64,000 nt of DNA from Yuukianura sp. NJ FZ-2021 (GCA_046563655.1 CM102286.1:14384001-14448000), one strand, 5' to 3'. Shown: positions 1 through 11,339, counted from the stretch's first letter. Program-made: numbers and translations. The notes: generated by a model from the sequence alone, not told the origin.

Positions 1-784
1 TACTCCAAGTCCAAATGAACTGGATCGGCATGAAATTGTACGACGACGCATTGCTGCTCTTCTGGATGGATATGCCAAGGCAAAGAAACTGGAGCTAAGC
101 ATTCTGGGTTTAGTGGAAGCTAGTTTTCCAGGTATGCTATTACTAAATTAGTTAAAAATTATGTCGATTAATTTGTTGTGTCATGTTTATAGGCGAGAAG
201 CTTCATATCTTCCTGGACACTTTGGCTCGACAGATCCTTTGCGAAGCTTCTATGCAAAATGGACACCGAATTGCTGCCGTGTTGGTCAGAGCTATGATTA
301 AGCGTGGATCTATTCAGGAATCGGAGGTCAGGAAACAAAATTCTTTGTAATTTGTACCGTTTCGTCCATGAAGTCCGATTTTGAGAGAATTTTTGAAAAA
401 TTTTGATTTTTGTGTTCTGATTATCCAAGGTTTTCGAAACCATATCCAACGGTGTCATCAAGGACTTGGGGAATCTTCTCGTTTTGCCCCAGGTAGAAAC
501 GTTTAGTATTCGAAAATGATCTTGACCTTGACTTTTTTCAATTGTTTCGTATTTAAATCGTTGTTAACTTTCAGGGGACGGGAGAACTCGCTGGATTCTT
601 GACCGACTTGTTCCTGACTGAACCCGACCTCAAATGGCTCCTGACCTTGACAAATAAATTGCCACGTGAAGCTCCCATTTGTACTGAACTGGTTCACGGT
701 GTCGTCGAGAGCTTGAAACTTCGTGTTCCTTTGGCCGAAGTTCAGAATCGCATCCAGAAAACACTGCAACATGGATGGCAATGA
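1..784 (+). CDS. 3' exons of a helical-repeat protein, possibly MA3-domain (eIF4G/PDCD4-like); 5' end lies outside the window
   Basis: Four GT-AG-bounded exons (~1-131, ~193-327, ~430-492, ~575-784) splice in frame: ...RIAAVLVRAMIKRGSIQESE|VFETISNGVIKDLGNLLVLPQ|GTGELAGFLTDLFL...QHGWQ*. This resembles the MA3 pattern only weakly. Confidence 0.5.
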
Positions 785-1280
785 ATGGAATGAGACACTT
801 GACATCGCAAAGGAGTTGATGCTGACACGAACTCCTAGAAAGCACCAGACGGACTTAAGCTTAATCTTAATTATCGTTGTTTTTTGTTAACGTTTTGTTT
901 TAGTTTAAAACTTTGTTATTATTATTCGTTTTACATCAGCTGATTCAGCATCAGCTGTTTACGCACTGACGTATTGCGTTTGTACATTTTTAGCCTTCCG
1001 TCGTGTAAAATAAAAAGTGTCTATTCCGAAAACGTTACAAAAACGATTGATTGTAATGTCTGCTTCCACGCCTGCGTAAATGTGTTCATAACACCGGCCG
1101 GCGTGGCGTGACGTGTCTGTTCCTCCTCCGTCCTCTCGTACTCGTGTGAAAAAATCTCCTTCCCTTGGCTTGGCTTGGCTCATCTCTCTTTCATCTCTCA
1201 GTCTGTTGCTGGATCTTCTGCCGTCCGTTCGTCTGCTGTCAATTGATCTGTCCATACTGAACAAGGTACACTACTTATTT

Positions 1281-1622
1281 CATACTCCGAAACCTCGAGT
1301 TTCCGAGGGGGGTGTCCCGACGGCAAATCAGGGTGGGGGGTGTCCCGTGAGGTACCGATTTTCGTGTTAAAGCACAAAAATGGCTTGAAAACAATGCTCG
1401 CGCCGTAGGCGCGACGAAATGTTGAGTTTTTGGCGCTCAAAATTGGTGAAAAGCCTCGAAATACATTAGAAAAGTAGCCATCGCGACGAAGGCGCGACCG
1501 ATTTTCGTATTTTAGGTCTCTTCGAGAGCGTTCGGACACCCCTGAGAGGCGGGGGGTGTCCCTCGGACCTCCCCTCGAGGGGGGTGTCCCCGAAATACAT
1601 AGACTAGAGGTTTCGGAGTATG
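1281..1622. mobile_element. Non-autonomous DNA transposon (MITE), 342 bp, with 8-bp TSD (hAT/P-type)
   Basis: TIRs CATACTCCGAAACCTC(g)AGT and ACT(a)GAGGTTTCGGAGTATG match 19/20. Perfect TSD ACTTATTT at 1273-1280 and 1623-1630. Internal GGGGGTGTCCC repeats. Confidence 0.9.
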
Positions 1623-1916
1623 ACTTATTTCCTTTTATTGAACGGTTATTAGGGTAAGTGGATTATTAGTTTACGTAGGGAAAGACACGGAAGTTAGTAA
1701 AAACCCCACAATTCGAAGTTGTGACATAATAATGTTCCAGGATTGACGAAAACATTGACATTCGACATGACATGAAGACACGAATTGGTTCTCCTGAGTT
1801 TGTCCATGGCATCATTAGGGAACGGGAAATTACTTTAAGCCTTTTTTTAAAGTTTAAGGTTTGCTAATTGGTTTTGTTTTTGGTCCATACAGGCGTCCCT
1901 AACAGTTTGATACAAG

Positions 1917-2548
1917 ATGACTGACATCACTGGCAAGTATGAACTGGTCAAGAGCGAGAACTTCGACGAGTACATGGCAGAAGTTGGTGAGTACATTTTT
2001 AACAAGGTCAAAAAGTAGACAAGAAGATTCCATGAGACGTTGATTTATTAGTACAAGATGGCCTTTGACTTTTGGATCTTGATTAGGTGTGAATTACTTG
2101 ACGAGGAAGATGGCTGGAGCCCTCAAGCCCACGACGTTCATCTCCAAGGACGGGGACAACATTAACATCAAGACTGTCAGTACTTTCAAGACGACTGAAC
2201 TCAAGTTCAAATTCGGAGAGAAGTTTAATGAGGAAACGGCTGATGGGCGTAAATGCGAAGTAAGGCAGTTCTGTTCCAAATCTTATCACACCGTGTGCCT
2301 TGATCCCCTTTCTCTGACATCTTCTGGAACATGACAACCTGTATCCTGTTTCTGTCTTATCTTATAATGTCTATTTTGTCCATTAGTCTGTCGTCGTCAT
2401 GGAGACTCCCACCAAGATGAAGCACAACCAACTCTGCAATAACCGGGATCTTGTCATGTACCGTGAATTCGACAAAGACGGTATGGTCCTCACCCTGCTC
2501 GCTGGCAAAGTCACTTGCACCCGAGTGTACAAACGAGTTCCAGAGTAA
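1917..2548 (+). CDS. FABP: Fatty acid-binding protein (intracellular lipid-binding protein)
   Basis: Exons 1917-1986, 2087-2259, 2387-2548 give MTDITGKYELVKSENFDEYMAEVG|VNYLTRKMAGALKP...STFKTTELKFKFGEKFNEETADGRKCE|...VTCTRVYKRVPE*. Classic FABP motifs (GKYxLxxSENFDEYM, ETADGRK, terminal RVY). Confidence 0.95.
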
Positions 2549-3253
2549 CTGCTGCTCAATTAACTATAATCTAATTACTTCTGTTGTTAAAATATCCAAC
2601 AACGAATCTCTAGAGCACAGCTTACTATCTTACAACTTGATATTGATGGAATCTCTATTTATTAGTGTGAAATTACGGAACAATTTATTGAAATTATGAA
2701 TCAGAGCTTTTCCAAAAATCTAACTTATTCAAAATTCTGAATAAAAACTTCCATAGTTGTCCAACAATTGTCAATTTTTTTTTGAAAAATGGAAACGACA
2801 GTTTATCTAAACCGGGGTTCCGTTTTTCAAAAAAAAAAAGTTTGGAAAGTTTAGAAAAAGACAGTAACCAGAAGCCGTCTGGTTTCTATCGTTTTCTCGT
2901 ACGGTTTCTGTTTTAGACAAGATTGAGTTGGCCTCAATTCGACCAATTGAGTTTAATTAATCTAAAACGCAATGAATGTGAGAGTGACCTTGGCCATTCA
3001 AGAGGTCATTCTCATCGTTAAGGAAAAATTATTAGTATGTCAAGATAACTGCCGCTGACTTTAGATTAAACTTAACTTTTAAGAGCCTATGGCATGATTA
3101 GACTTGTCATTGTCACTTTGAGGAAAACCATTTGTGCTGATTGTGACACTCGAATTTTATTATGCTCAATTAATAATTTCATGACAGGGAAGTATAACAA
3201 GTGGACTCTTCATAATTTCTTCACAGTAAGAATCCAACTTAAGACCGTAACGA

Positions 3254-3327
3254 AACTATTCTCAAGTGGAATCAGCAAGGAAACCCCCGAAATGGGTTCA
3301 GTCTCCTCACATCATAAAAGAACAGTT
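3254..3327 (-). promoter_or_regulatory. SECIS element, eukaryotic type II, in the SelW 3' UTR
   Basis: Minus strand reads aacuguucuu-uu-AUGAU-gugaggagac-ugAA-ccc-auuuc-ggg-g-guuuccuugc-UGAU-uccacuu-gagaauaguu: 10-bp helix I, UGAN/NGAN core, 10-bp helix II, unpaired AA, ccc/ggg mini-helix. It starts ~78 nt after the stop; AATAAA at 3156-3161 (minus). Confidence 0.92.
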
Positions 3328-3404
3328 AACGTACGACTTAAGTAAGAACTTAAAGTTTAGAATTAATTGAGGCCATTGGACTCTTCCGTTGTGCTGGTGC
3401 TGAT

Positions 3405-4000
3405 TTAGGCTGTTGGGAGGGAAGCGAGGGCTTCCTTGATGTGCTGTTTAATTGCAGCCTTCTTGTCATCGTTATCCACGTAGCCACCACCGTCCTGTAA
3501 ACAAGATTAGTTGATTAGTGTCAATTAGAAAAAGTAAACAAAGGATTGATTGATAACTATGGTGCCATTTGACCTTCTTCGAATGGATAAGTTTCTTTCC
3601 AGCTCCTTCATTGTCTCCTTCCTCAACGATGTACACCTCGAACCAGCCAGTACGCTCCGGAGTCGGTTGTCCCACCTTACAAAACAATAGTAATGAACAA
3701 TATGAACTTAAATGTCACCCGTAGTTGACTTACGATGTCAAGCATCTTGGGGAATTCCTGTTCAAGTTCCTTAGCCTGAAACAGCGAGTTTACATGAAGT
3801 TAAGCCTCTAATCTAATAAACTAATTAACGTCAATCGTAACTTACCAGGGCCTTGAACTTCGAGGCGTACCCTCAGGCTCCGCTGGAAGAGACGAAAAAT
3901 CAATCGTTTTAGCATAATCCAGCTTCGCAGAATTTATCAAAAGAACGCTGGAAACTTACCAGTAGACAATATGGATTCGCAGTTTCTTCGTGGTCTCCAT
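3405..4000 (-). CDS. SELENOW: Selenoprotein W (Rdx family, CxxU motif), five coding exons, Sec UGA at 3873-3875
   Basis: Spliced: METTKKLRIHIVYC|GAUGYASKFKAL|AKELEQEFPKMLDI|VGQPTPERTGWFEVYIVEEGDNEGAGKKLIHSKK|DGGGYVDNDDKKAAIKQHIKEALASLPTA*. Matches vertebrate SelW (YCGAUGY...EFP..LDI.G..TP..TG.FEV...KLIHSKK..GYVD). All introns are GT-AG, and a SECIS lies downstream. Confidence 0.95.
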
Positions 4001-4373
4001 CTCTTTCCGGTGTTCTTTCGATGTTAATTAAAACGAAATTTAGTCGATTAATCGATTCACTTGTTGCAACTGATTGACCTGATTTTGATGTGCGATGCTT
4101 TTATGCGTCTTATCTTCTTCCACGTCGCCGACCACACAACCACAAAAAAAAATTGGCTTGGTTAATTGTTTTTTTGTTGTTTGCCAAAAAAAAACCAGTT
4201 TCCCCGCCGGGGATTCCCCGGCAACACAAACGCGTCGATTTCATGCGTTTTTTTTTCCTTATGAGCACGAAGTTTTCAAAAACCACAAATAATCACTTTT
4301 GATTTGGAATTGAAGCCGCAATAAAAACGTTTATTTGGCAGGTCAAGGTTGTTTGCAACTGAAAAAACGGTGC

Positions 4374-5834
4374 TCAGGTCATACCGAAGATATCATGGTC
4401 AGAATCTTCCAGACTGGGTTTTTTAGCTTGGTGACTAAAGTTAGCGAAATAGCTGAGATTCGGTTCCTGTCCAAGGATCTCGTCCAATGACGGTCTATAT
4501 CGAATGCCCATTCGAAGAGCATGATGTTGGCGTTCTTTTTCGTTTTCTCTGTGATACTTCTCCATGTTGGCTTCATTAAACGCTACATTCCCAATGAACA
4601 GTTCTCCCACTTCGACGAGACGAAACTGCTTCTTGGAACATGGCTTTCTGTACGTCATACAAACCTGGGATAAATATTGGATAATAATTAGTTTTAAATA
4701 CTTACTCAATCAAGCTAAGGAGGTCATTTAATCTACCTGGAGCCAGTAGGAGATACGAATGATGTGAGATCCGCCGAGGGTACTTGGGAGAAGCTTATCC
4801 GGAATCGGTCCGATCGTACCGTTCCAGTTGGAGATCGTGCCAGGATTCACTCCGGGATATACCGTTTCCCAGATACAGTTCTTGAACCATGTCATCTCCC
4901 CATCAGCAGCAAACAGGTGACTCTGACATAAAAAGTTAGTTTAAATCAGTTAAAGTTAGCTTAGCTAGTTGCTGTTAAGTTAATTTTGCGACAAAGATCA
5001 GCTGACCTGAAAAATTCGGAGTTCTACTCCGCTAACTTCCCAGTCCTTTGTAGTGTTCACTAGCTCTCCAGTAAAGTCCACGCTATCCCCGACCACAATA
5101 CCAGTATGCGGAATCTCCAGAACGAAACCAATCATCCCCCGACGTAATCCCAACGTTTTCTTGACTTCCTTAGCGGCAACGACCAATGGCTTCCAAGTAT
5201 CATGGAAGTTGTTCAGGTTTACAGGAGAGGCGACCCGGAAAACAGCTGTTGTGACCTGATCTTTGACTCCTTCACCATAGCCCTTAACTTTTACTTGGAT
5301 TTTGTACTCGATATGACCGTACTTCCCAGAGTACGATGCTGGAAGTACTTTGGGCAAATCAAATGTAAAGGTCATTCTCTGATGATGAGGTCCTGGACTG
5401 AGAATGTGCTGCTTGATTTTCGGTCCGCCAAGGAGGTACTGCCATTCGTCCATAAATACTTCCGTTGCACTGAAGTGGTCAATTGGGTTCACTTTATTGC
5501 GCTTACTTCCAACAAAGTGTCTTTCTGGGGTAAGGAAGGCGACCTTGGCATCTCCGTGGCAGTGGATAATGACTCCTGTCAAATGTCAATTGACACTCAC
5601 TTAACAGCTTTTCTAAAGTTTAATTGAGTAATTGCCTCTTGTTGGTCTTTCAGTCTTGATGTCGAGTATGACGACTCCTGAAATCTTTCCGCCGCTGAAG
5701 AACGGTCCTTGTTGGTCAAGCATTATCACAACGCGAGGATCGTCAGTGGAAGTAGAGTCAGTATTTATGGACACGGTCTTCTTAGTTTTCGAGGGAGATA
5801 AAGTTTTCGACTTGAGCGCAGGTTTGGCTGCCAT
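4374..5834 (-). CDS. Alpha-arrestin (arrestin domain-containing protein), four exons
   Basis: Motifs FFSGGKISGVVIL, FTFDLPKVLPASYSGKYGHIEYKIQVKV, GIVVGDSVDFTGELVN and LLPSTLGGSHIIRISYWLQ correspond to Arrestin_N and Arrestin_C patterns. Confidence 0.85.
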
Positions 5835-6369
5835 ATTCAGCCCGATTTTTCAATAGGTAATTGCAAAGCTAAATCAGATAAGATAACTGTATAAGATGAA
5901 AAACGTTTTTTTTTCGATTTCAAATTCTGGCGGAGAATGCCGTATTTTTGTTTTGTACACAGCAGAATCAAGAAAACGCGCCAAATCACAACGACGCTTG
6001 CTCCCGAGCAACAAACAAGCGCTTTTTCTTCGTTGGCTGACGCGGAGTCTAGTTCTTAAAAAATTCCAGAACTTAGTGAATGAATAGAGAAAGTTAAAGT
6101 ATCAATTAACATTAATATATTATATTATTATTTTAATATATTTCGAAAAGCACTTAAACTATATAAACGTCAAAAACCAATTGGCATCCTGATTAGTGAG
6201 GTGTTGGCCGCGGGATGAAAGGGCGGGAACTTGGAACTTGTTGACATTTACATAGATAACAGCTGTTACGCCACTCCCACTATTTTTTTTATTACATTAC
6301 ATGCGAAATGTTTAGTTTAATATAAATATATTATATTTAATTAAGTAATTATATATTTTTAACACATCA

Positions 6370-7198
6370 ATGGACCAAATGAAATTGGATTTCCTTCCAG
6401 AAGTAGGATCTAGTCAAGAATTACCTGAATTTACGCCACCTCCAAGAGAAAGTACGAATCCAAAATTTATTTTACTAATCAGTGGAAAACGAAAATCTGG
6501 AAAGGACTATGTCGCTGAGCGCATCAGGAAACGGTAAGTAATTGTTGATTTTGTCCATTACTATCTTAATTTCGTTAATTTTTGTATCAATTTCAATTAG
6601 AGTGGAGGAGATAAACATCAGTGTTGCAGTCCTTTGGATGGCAAACCTTGTCAAACAACAATTGGCAGCTATGAATGGTCTCGATTACGAAAAGATGCTG
6701 GGTCCAGGGCCATACAAAGAGCAATATCGTCAAGGACTTGCTGACTTGAGTGTCATAGTTCGACTGAAGAGTATTGGTTACTATCCGAGTCAATGTACTC
6801 GCGAAGACGGTGGTAGTTCACTATTGGCTAGTCATAATTCTTAACGAGCGAACCTAACCGTGATCCATTCCATTTGCATAGTTTCTACAAGAACTGTTTG
6901 GATTTGTCCTGACGTCCGGCACCATCAAGACATCAACTGGTTCCGGAAGTACTACCCAGGCATTGTGAAGCTAGTTCGGATTGAAGCAAGTACGGAAGTT
7001 CGCAAAAGGCGGGGATTTGTGTACGTTGAAGAAATTGACCAAGGACCAACAGAGTGTGAATTGGATGACCAGGATTTCTGGGATCTCGTTATCCAGAACA
7101 ATGGACACGGTGACACCAATTGTGATATCGACAGCTACTTGGAAACAATTATCAATTGGATTAGAGCAGCAATTGCACCGAATCCGGCCGTAACGTGA
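6370..7198 (+). CDS. PMVK: Phosphomevalonate kinase (animal type), three exons
   Basis: LLISGKRKSGKDYVA P-loop, LDYEKMLGPGPYKEQYR and VWICPDVR...VRIEASTEVRKRRGF...PTECELD all match animal PMVK. Confidence 0.9.
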
Positions 7199-7412
7199 CA
7201 ATATAATATAATGCATTTATAATACAAATTCAAAGCAGCTTTTAATAAATAAATATATTTTACACCTCAACGGTTTTATTTTTGACTATTCTGAAGCCAT
7301 GTAGATTTTGACCATTTTCTCTGGAATTGAAGTACGAGTGTAAGTTCCAAGAATTTATTTTATATATAAAAATATGTGAATTATATTATATTTCAATGAT
7401 ATTTTATTTGAA

Positions 7413-7857
7413 TTAGGTTTGTGGCTGTGTGCAGCACTCACTTTGAAATGCTGTGCAGCAACATTGTTCCGGTGGATCGGGAGATCAGAGTCGTTTTCCA
7501 CTTCGCACACCACCACATAGGCCACCACACTCAGGAGGGCAGGATCTCGGGTCTTCGCATGCGAAAGGCGGTGGAAGCTCAATGTTTCTTCCAGCGTCGC
7601 GGCCTTCACCGCTGCTGCGTCCAATGCAAGTACACTTACAAGTTGTCCCGCGTTTAGCCCGATTCAGCAGCCCGTTCAGGTTCAAAGTTCCCACAGATTT
7701 ACTTTCACTGCCGAGAGCTTCGCCATTGACAAAAACATTTAGCGCTACCACTGAAAGTTCAAAAAAAAAACCTAAGCCAAACTTTTTTTAAAAAAATTAA
7801 AAAGGAGTGATACGAACCTCCACTAAAGACGAGCAACAAAATTTCCAAACGAAGCAT
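7413..7857 (-). CDS. Cys-rich secreted prepropeptide, copy 1; in-frame UGA at 7485-7487 truncates it (possible pseudogene or single-peptide variant)
   Basis: Exon 1 MLRLEILLLVFSG; exon 2 VVALNVFVNG...NRAKR-GTTCKCTC...GVRSGKRL*SPDPPEQCCCTAFQSECCTQPQT*. Homology to copies 2-4 continues past the UGA. Confidence 0.75.
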
Positions 7858-8335
7858 GATGGAATCCAAGCAAATGCAGACTGATTCAAAGAAAGTGTGC
7901 CACCGCCGCGGTTTTTATTCCACCAAATCCAGCCATTGTTCCTTACGACACAATTGCAGTGAAAGTCGTTGACCGCCTGGAACAATTATTGCTGTTTAAA
8001 ATTGTCTCGTTGAATCCGTTTTCTAAAAATTTGGAAAGTTTTTATACGACAATGGATAGTACCACTGGAGCTGGATTTTTTTTTCAAATTAGAAACATTT
8101 TATTTCAATGATGCTTTTACAATGATAATAATCAATTTTTTTTTCTTTGAAAAATGAGGCACTATAAAAAATTCAAAAAAATACAGTGAGCGCCGCCCAG
8201 CCCTCCCTCCTGAAACTCATAAATAAACATTAAATATTTATCGAAGTGTCTACTTTTTAGTGGACCTCACTGTATTTTATATACAAAAATATTTGAATTG
8301 ATTATGTTTCAATTACATTTTATTCGAATTGGTGT

Positions 8336-8778
8336 TTATGGTGAGCAGCACTCAATTTGAAACTCTGTGCAACAACATTGTCCGGGTGGATCTGGACATC
8401 CGAATCGTTTTCCGCTGCGCATGACACATTTTCCAGCCTTCTCGCACATATCAGGGCAGGAATTGGGATCGTCACACCACACTGGAAGTACAAAGCCTCC
8501 TCCAACTGGGATTCCACCGCTGTTGACGAAACCGCTGCTCCTTCCAGTGCAAGTACACTTACAAGTTGTCCCGCGTTTTTCACGTTTTAGCAATCCATTC
8601 AAAGCTCCCGCCGATTTACTTCCTTTGTAGAACGGATCTCCATTCACAAAAACACTCAATGCTACCACTACTGAAAGTGCAAAAAATTTTTAAACTAAAT
8701 ACAAAATTTTCAAAATAAAGAAAAAGAGAACGACGTACCTCCGGAAACGACGAGCAACAAAATTTCCAGGCGAATCAT
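8336..8778 (-). CDS. Cys-rich secreted prepropeptide, copy 2
   Basis: Two exons: MIRLEILLLVVSG|VVVALSVFVNG-DPFYKG...KREKR-GTTCKCTC...CVMRSGKRFGCPDPPGQCCCTEFQIECCSP*. Signal peptide, furin site and 13 Cys in the mature region. Confidence 0.85.
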
Positions 8779-9350
8779 GATGGAATCTAAGCGAACCCAC
8801 AATGATTCGAAATTGTACGGCCACAGCGGTTTTTATTCCACCAAATCCAGCCATTGTTCCATACGACACAATTGCAGTGAAAGTCGTTGAGAGCCACGAA
8901 CAATTGCTGTTTAAAATTGTTTCGTTGAATTCGTTTTCTAAAACTTTGGAAGGTCTGGAATCTGACAATAGGTGCCACCGAGTATCCGCAATGTCGCAAA
9001 GTTTTTGAAATTCAAAACATTTTAGTCAATTTCATCGATGCTTTTGTATGATAATTAGGGCTGTTTTTTTTTAATTGGAGAAATTTTTGTAAGGTTTATG
9101 AACTTTTAAAAAAATTGTTGGACTATGATTTTAGGCCTCACAGTTTCTCCAAAAATTTTTTTTCTGGAACAGATAATGCCGAGAATTGTGAAGCAGAATT
9201 TTTTTTCCTCTCGTTTTTTTTGCTCACTTAACAATTTTTGTAAAAACAAAAAGTTGGTATTCTTTTGTTTTATTTATTTTATATAAAAAAAGATTTGAAT
9301 TATATTTAATCTGGATTATATTTTAGTTGAATTAGGTTTAAGCTGTGTGT

Positions 9351-9767
9351 TTATGGTGAGCAGCACTCAATTTGAAATTCTGTGCAACAACATTGTCCTG
9401 GTGGATCTGGACAGCCGAATCGTTTTCCGCTGCGCATAACACATTGGCCAGCAGCTTCACACGCAGGAGAGCAGGAAAACGGATCGTCGCATCCACCGCC
9501 GCCGCCGCCTCCAGCACCGCCGCCGGCACTGCGTCCAGTGCAAGTACACTTACAAGTTGTACCACGTTTTTCACGTTTTAGCAACCCGTTCAAAGCTCCC
9601 GCCGATTTACTTCCTTTGAAGAACGGATCTCCATTCACAAAAACATTTAACGCTACCACTGAAAGTTCAAAAAAATTTTAACCTAAATATAACATTTTCA
9701 AAAAATTATAAATAGAAAGCGACGTACCTCCGAAAACGACTAGCAGCAAAATTTCTAAGCGAAGCAT
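9351..9767 (-). CDS. Cys-rich secreted prepropeptide, copy 3
   Basis: MLRLEILLLVVFG|VVALNVFVNG...KREKR-GTTCKCTCTGRSAGGGAGGGGGGGCDDPFSCSPACEAAGQCVMRSGKRFGCPDPPGQCCCTEFQIECCSP*. Same intron position as the other copies. Confidence 0.85.
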
Positions 9768-10352
9768 GATGGAATCCAAGCAAATCCGAACTGATTTGAA
9801 AGTGGGCGACCACCGCAGTTTTTATTCCACCAAATCCAGGCATTGTTCCATACGACAACAATTGCAGTGAAAGTCGTTGACCTCCAACAACAATTACTTT
9901 TGAAATTGTTTCATTGATATCGTTTTCTAAAAATTTTGAAAGTTTGGAATATGACAATCCATGCCATACTGGACTGAGTATCCTCAATGTCACAAAGTTT
10001 TTAAAATTCAAAACATTTTAGTCAATTTCATTAATCCTTTTATATGATAATTACCGCTGTTTTTTTTTCCAAAAAATTGGAGAAATAGTTGTTATGTTTA
10101 TAAACTTTAAAAAAAATTTTTTTTTTGGAGTATGATTTTAGGCTTCACAGTTTCTCCAAAAATTTTTTTCTTTTGATATTCCGAGAATTGTGAAGTAGAT
10201 TTTTTTTCCTTTGCTTTATTTTCCTCACTGAACAATTTTTGTCAAAAAAAAAAGTTGGAACTCTTTTGTATTATTTATTTTCTATAAAAAATATTGCAAT
10301 TATATTTCATTTCAATTACATTTTATGTGAATTTAACTTTGTTACTCTGTGT

Positions 10353-10804
10353 TTATGGTGAGCAGCACTCAATTTGAAATTCTGTGCAGCAACATTGTCC
10401 TGGTGGATCTGGACATCCGAAACGTTTTCCGCCGCGCATAACACAAAGCCCAGCAGCCTGGCATGCAATAGGGCAAAATTTCGGATCGCTGCATGTAGCT
10501 GGAGTAACATCGCCTCCATCTCCTCCTCCTCCTCCTCCTCCTCCTCCTCCAGCACTTCGTCCAGTGCAAGTACACTTGCAAGTCGTCCCACGTTTCTCAC
10601 GCTTCAGCAACCCGTTCAAAGCTCCCGCCGACCTAGGCTCTTTGACAAACGGATCTTCTCCATTGACAAAAACATTCAACGCTACCACTGAAAGTTTAAA
10701 AAAAAAACTGAGTACAAATTTTTGAAAAAATAGTAACCTAACAACAAAAATATTTTCAAAAACGAACCTCCGCAAACGAGCAACAAAATTTCGAAGCGAA
10801 GCAT
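10353..10804 (-). CDS. Cys-rich secreted prepropeptide, copy 4
   Basis: MLRFEILLLVCG|VVALNVFVNG...KREKR-GTTCKCTCTGRSA(G)10DGGDVTPATCSDPKFCPIACQAAGLCVMRGGKRFGCPDPPGQCCCTEFQIECCSP*. The poly-Gly is encoded by a (GGA)n microsatellite. Confidence 0.85.
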
Positions 10805-11339
10805 GATGGCAGATCGACGCTGATGCGACAGTCTGCTTCCGCAGCGCTTTTTATGTCCTGCGGAATCTGACCTTGCTCTGCATTACACAATTGTTAGAGA
10901 AAGTTGACCTCCAACAACAATTATTGTTTGAAATTGTTTCAATGATTTTGTTCTCTAAAAATTTGGAAAGTTTTTCTACGTCAATGTACCACTGGGGCGA
11001 GTTATACGTCATGCTAGAATTCTTTTAAATTTAAACAATTTTAGTGAGTTTCATTAACTCTTCAGATGATTTTTTTTTCTCGAAAAATGAAATCGTAGTT
11101 AGGTTTATGAACTTTTAAAAATTCGTGGTGTGATTCCAGGATTCAAGTTTTCTCGGAAAAAGTTTTTCTTTCTGAAACGGATTTTCAGAGAATTTGGAAT
11201 TGCGCAGTAGCACTGCAGTTCTTGTTTGTTTTTTCTTTTCTTTGCTTTATTTTCTCCACTTCTGACAGTAGTTTGGACAGTTGACGACCTGAAGTGTGGA
11301 CGTCAAGACGTCAAAAGTTCCGTCCAAAACTTCTGCGTC

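Noticed and set aside
2773..2840. Hairpin TTTTTTGAAAAATGGAA...TTCCGTTTTTCAAAAAA between FABP and SelW
   Set aside because: Mostly homopolymer pairing; too weak to call a terminator or mobile element.
7485..7487. Selenocysteine reading of the UGA in peptide copy 1
   Set aside because: The UGA aligns with Gly, not Cys, in the paralogs, and no SECIS-like structure is visible before the nearby AATAAA.
7413..10804. Identification of the peptides as metallothioneins or springtail Gly-rich antifreeze proteins
   Set aside because: Signal peptides and convertase sites are unlike metallothioneins, and there is no G-x-x tripeptide periodicity.
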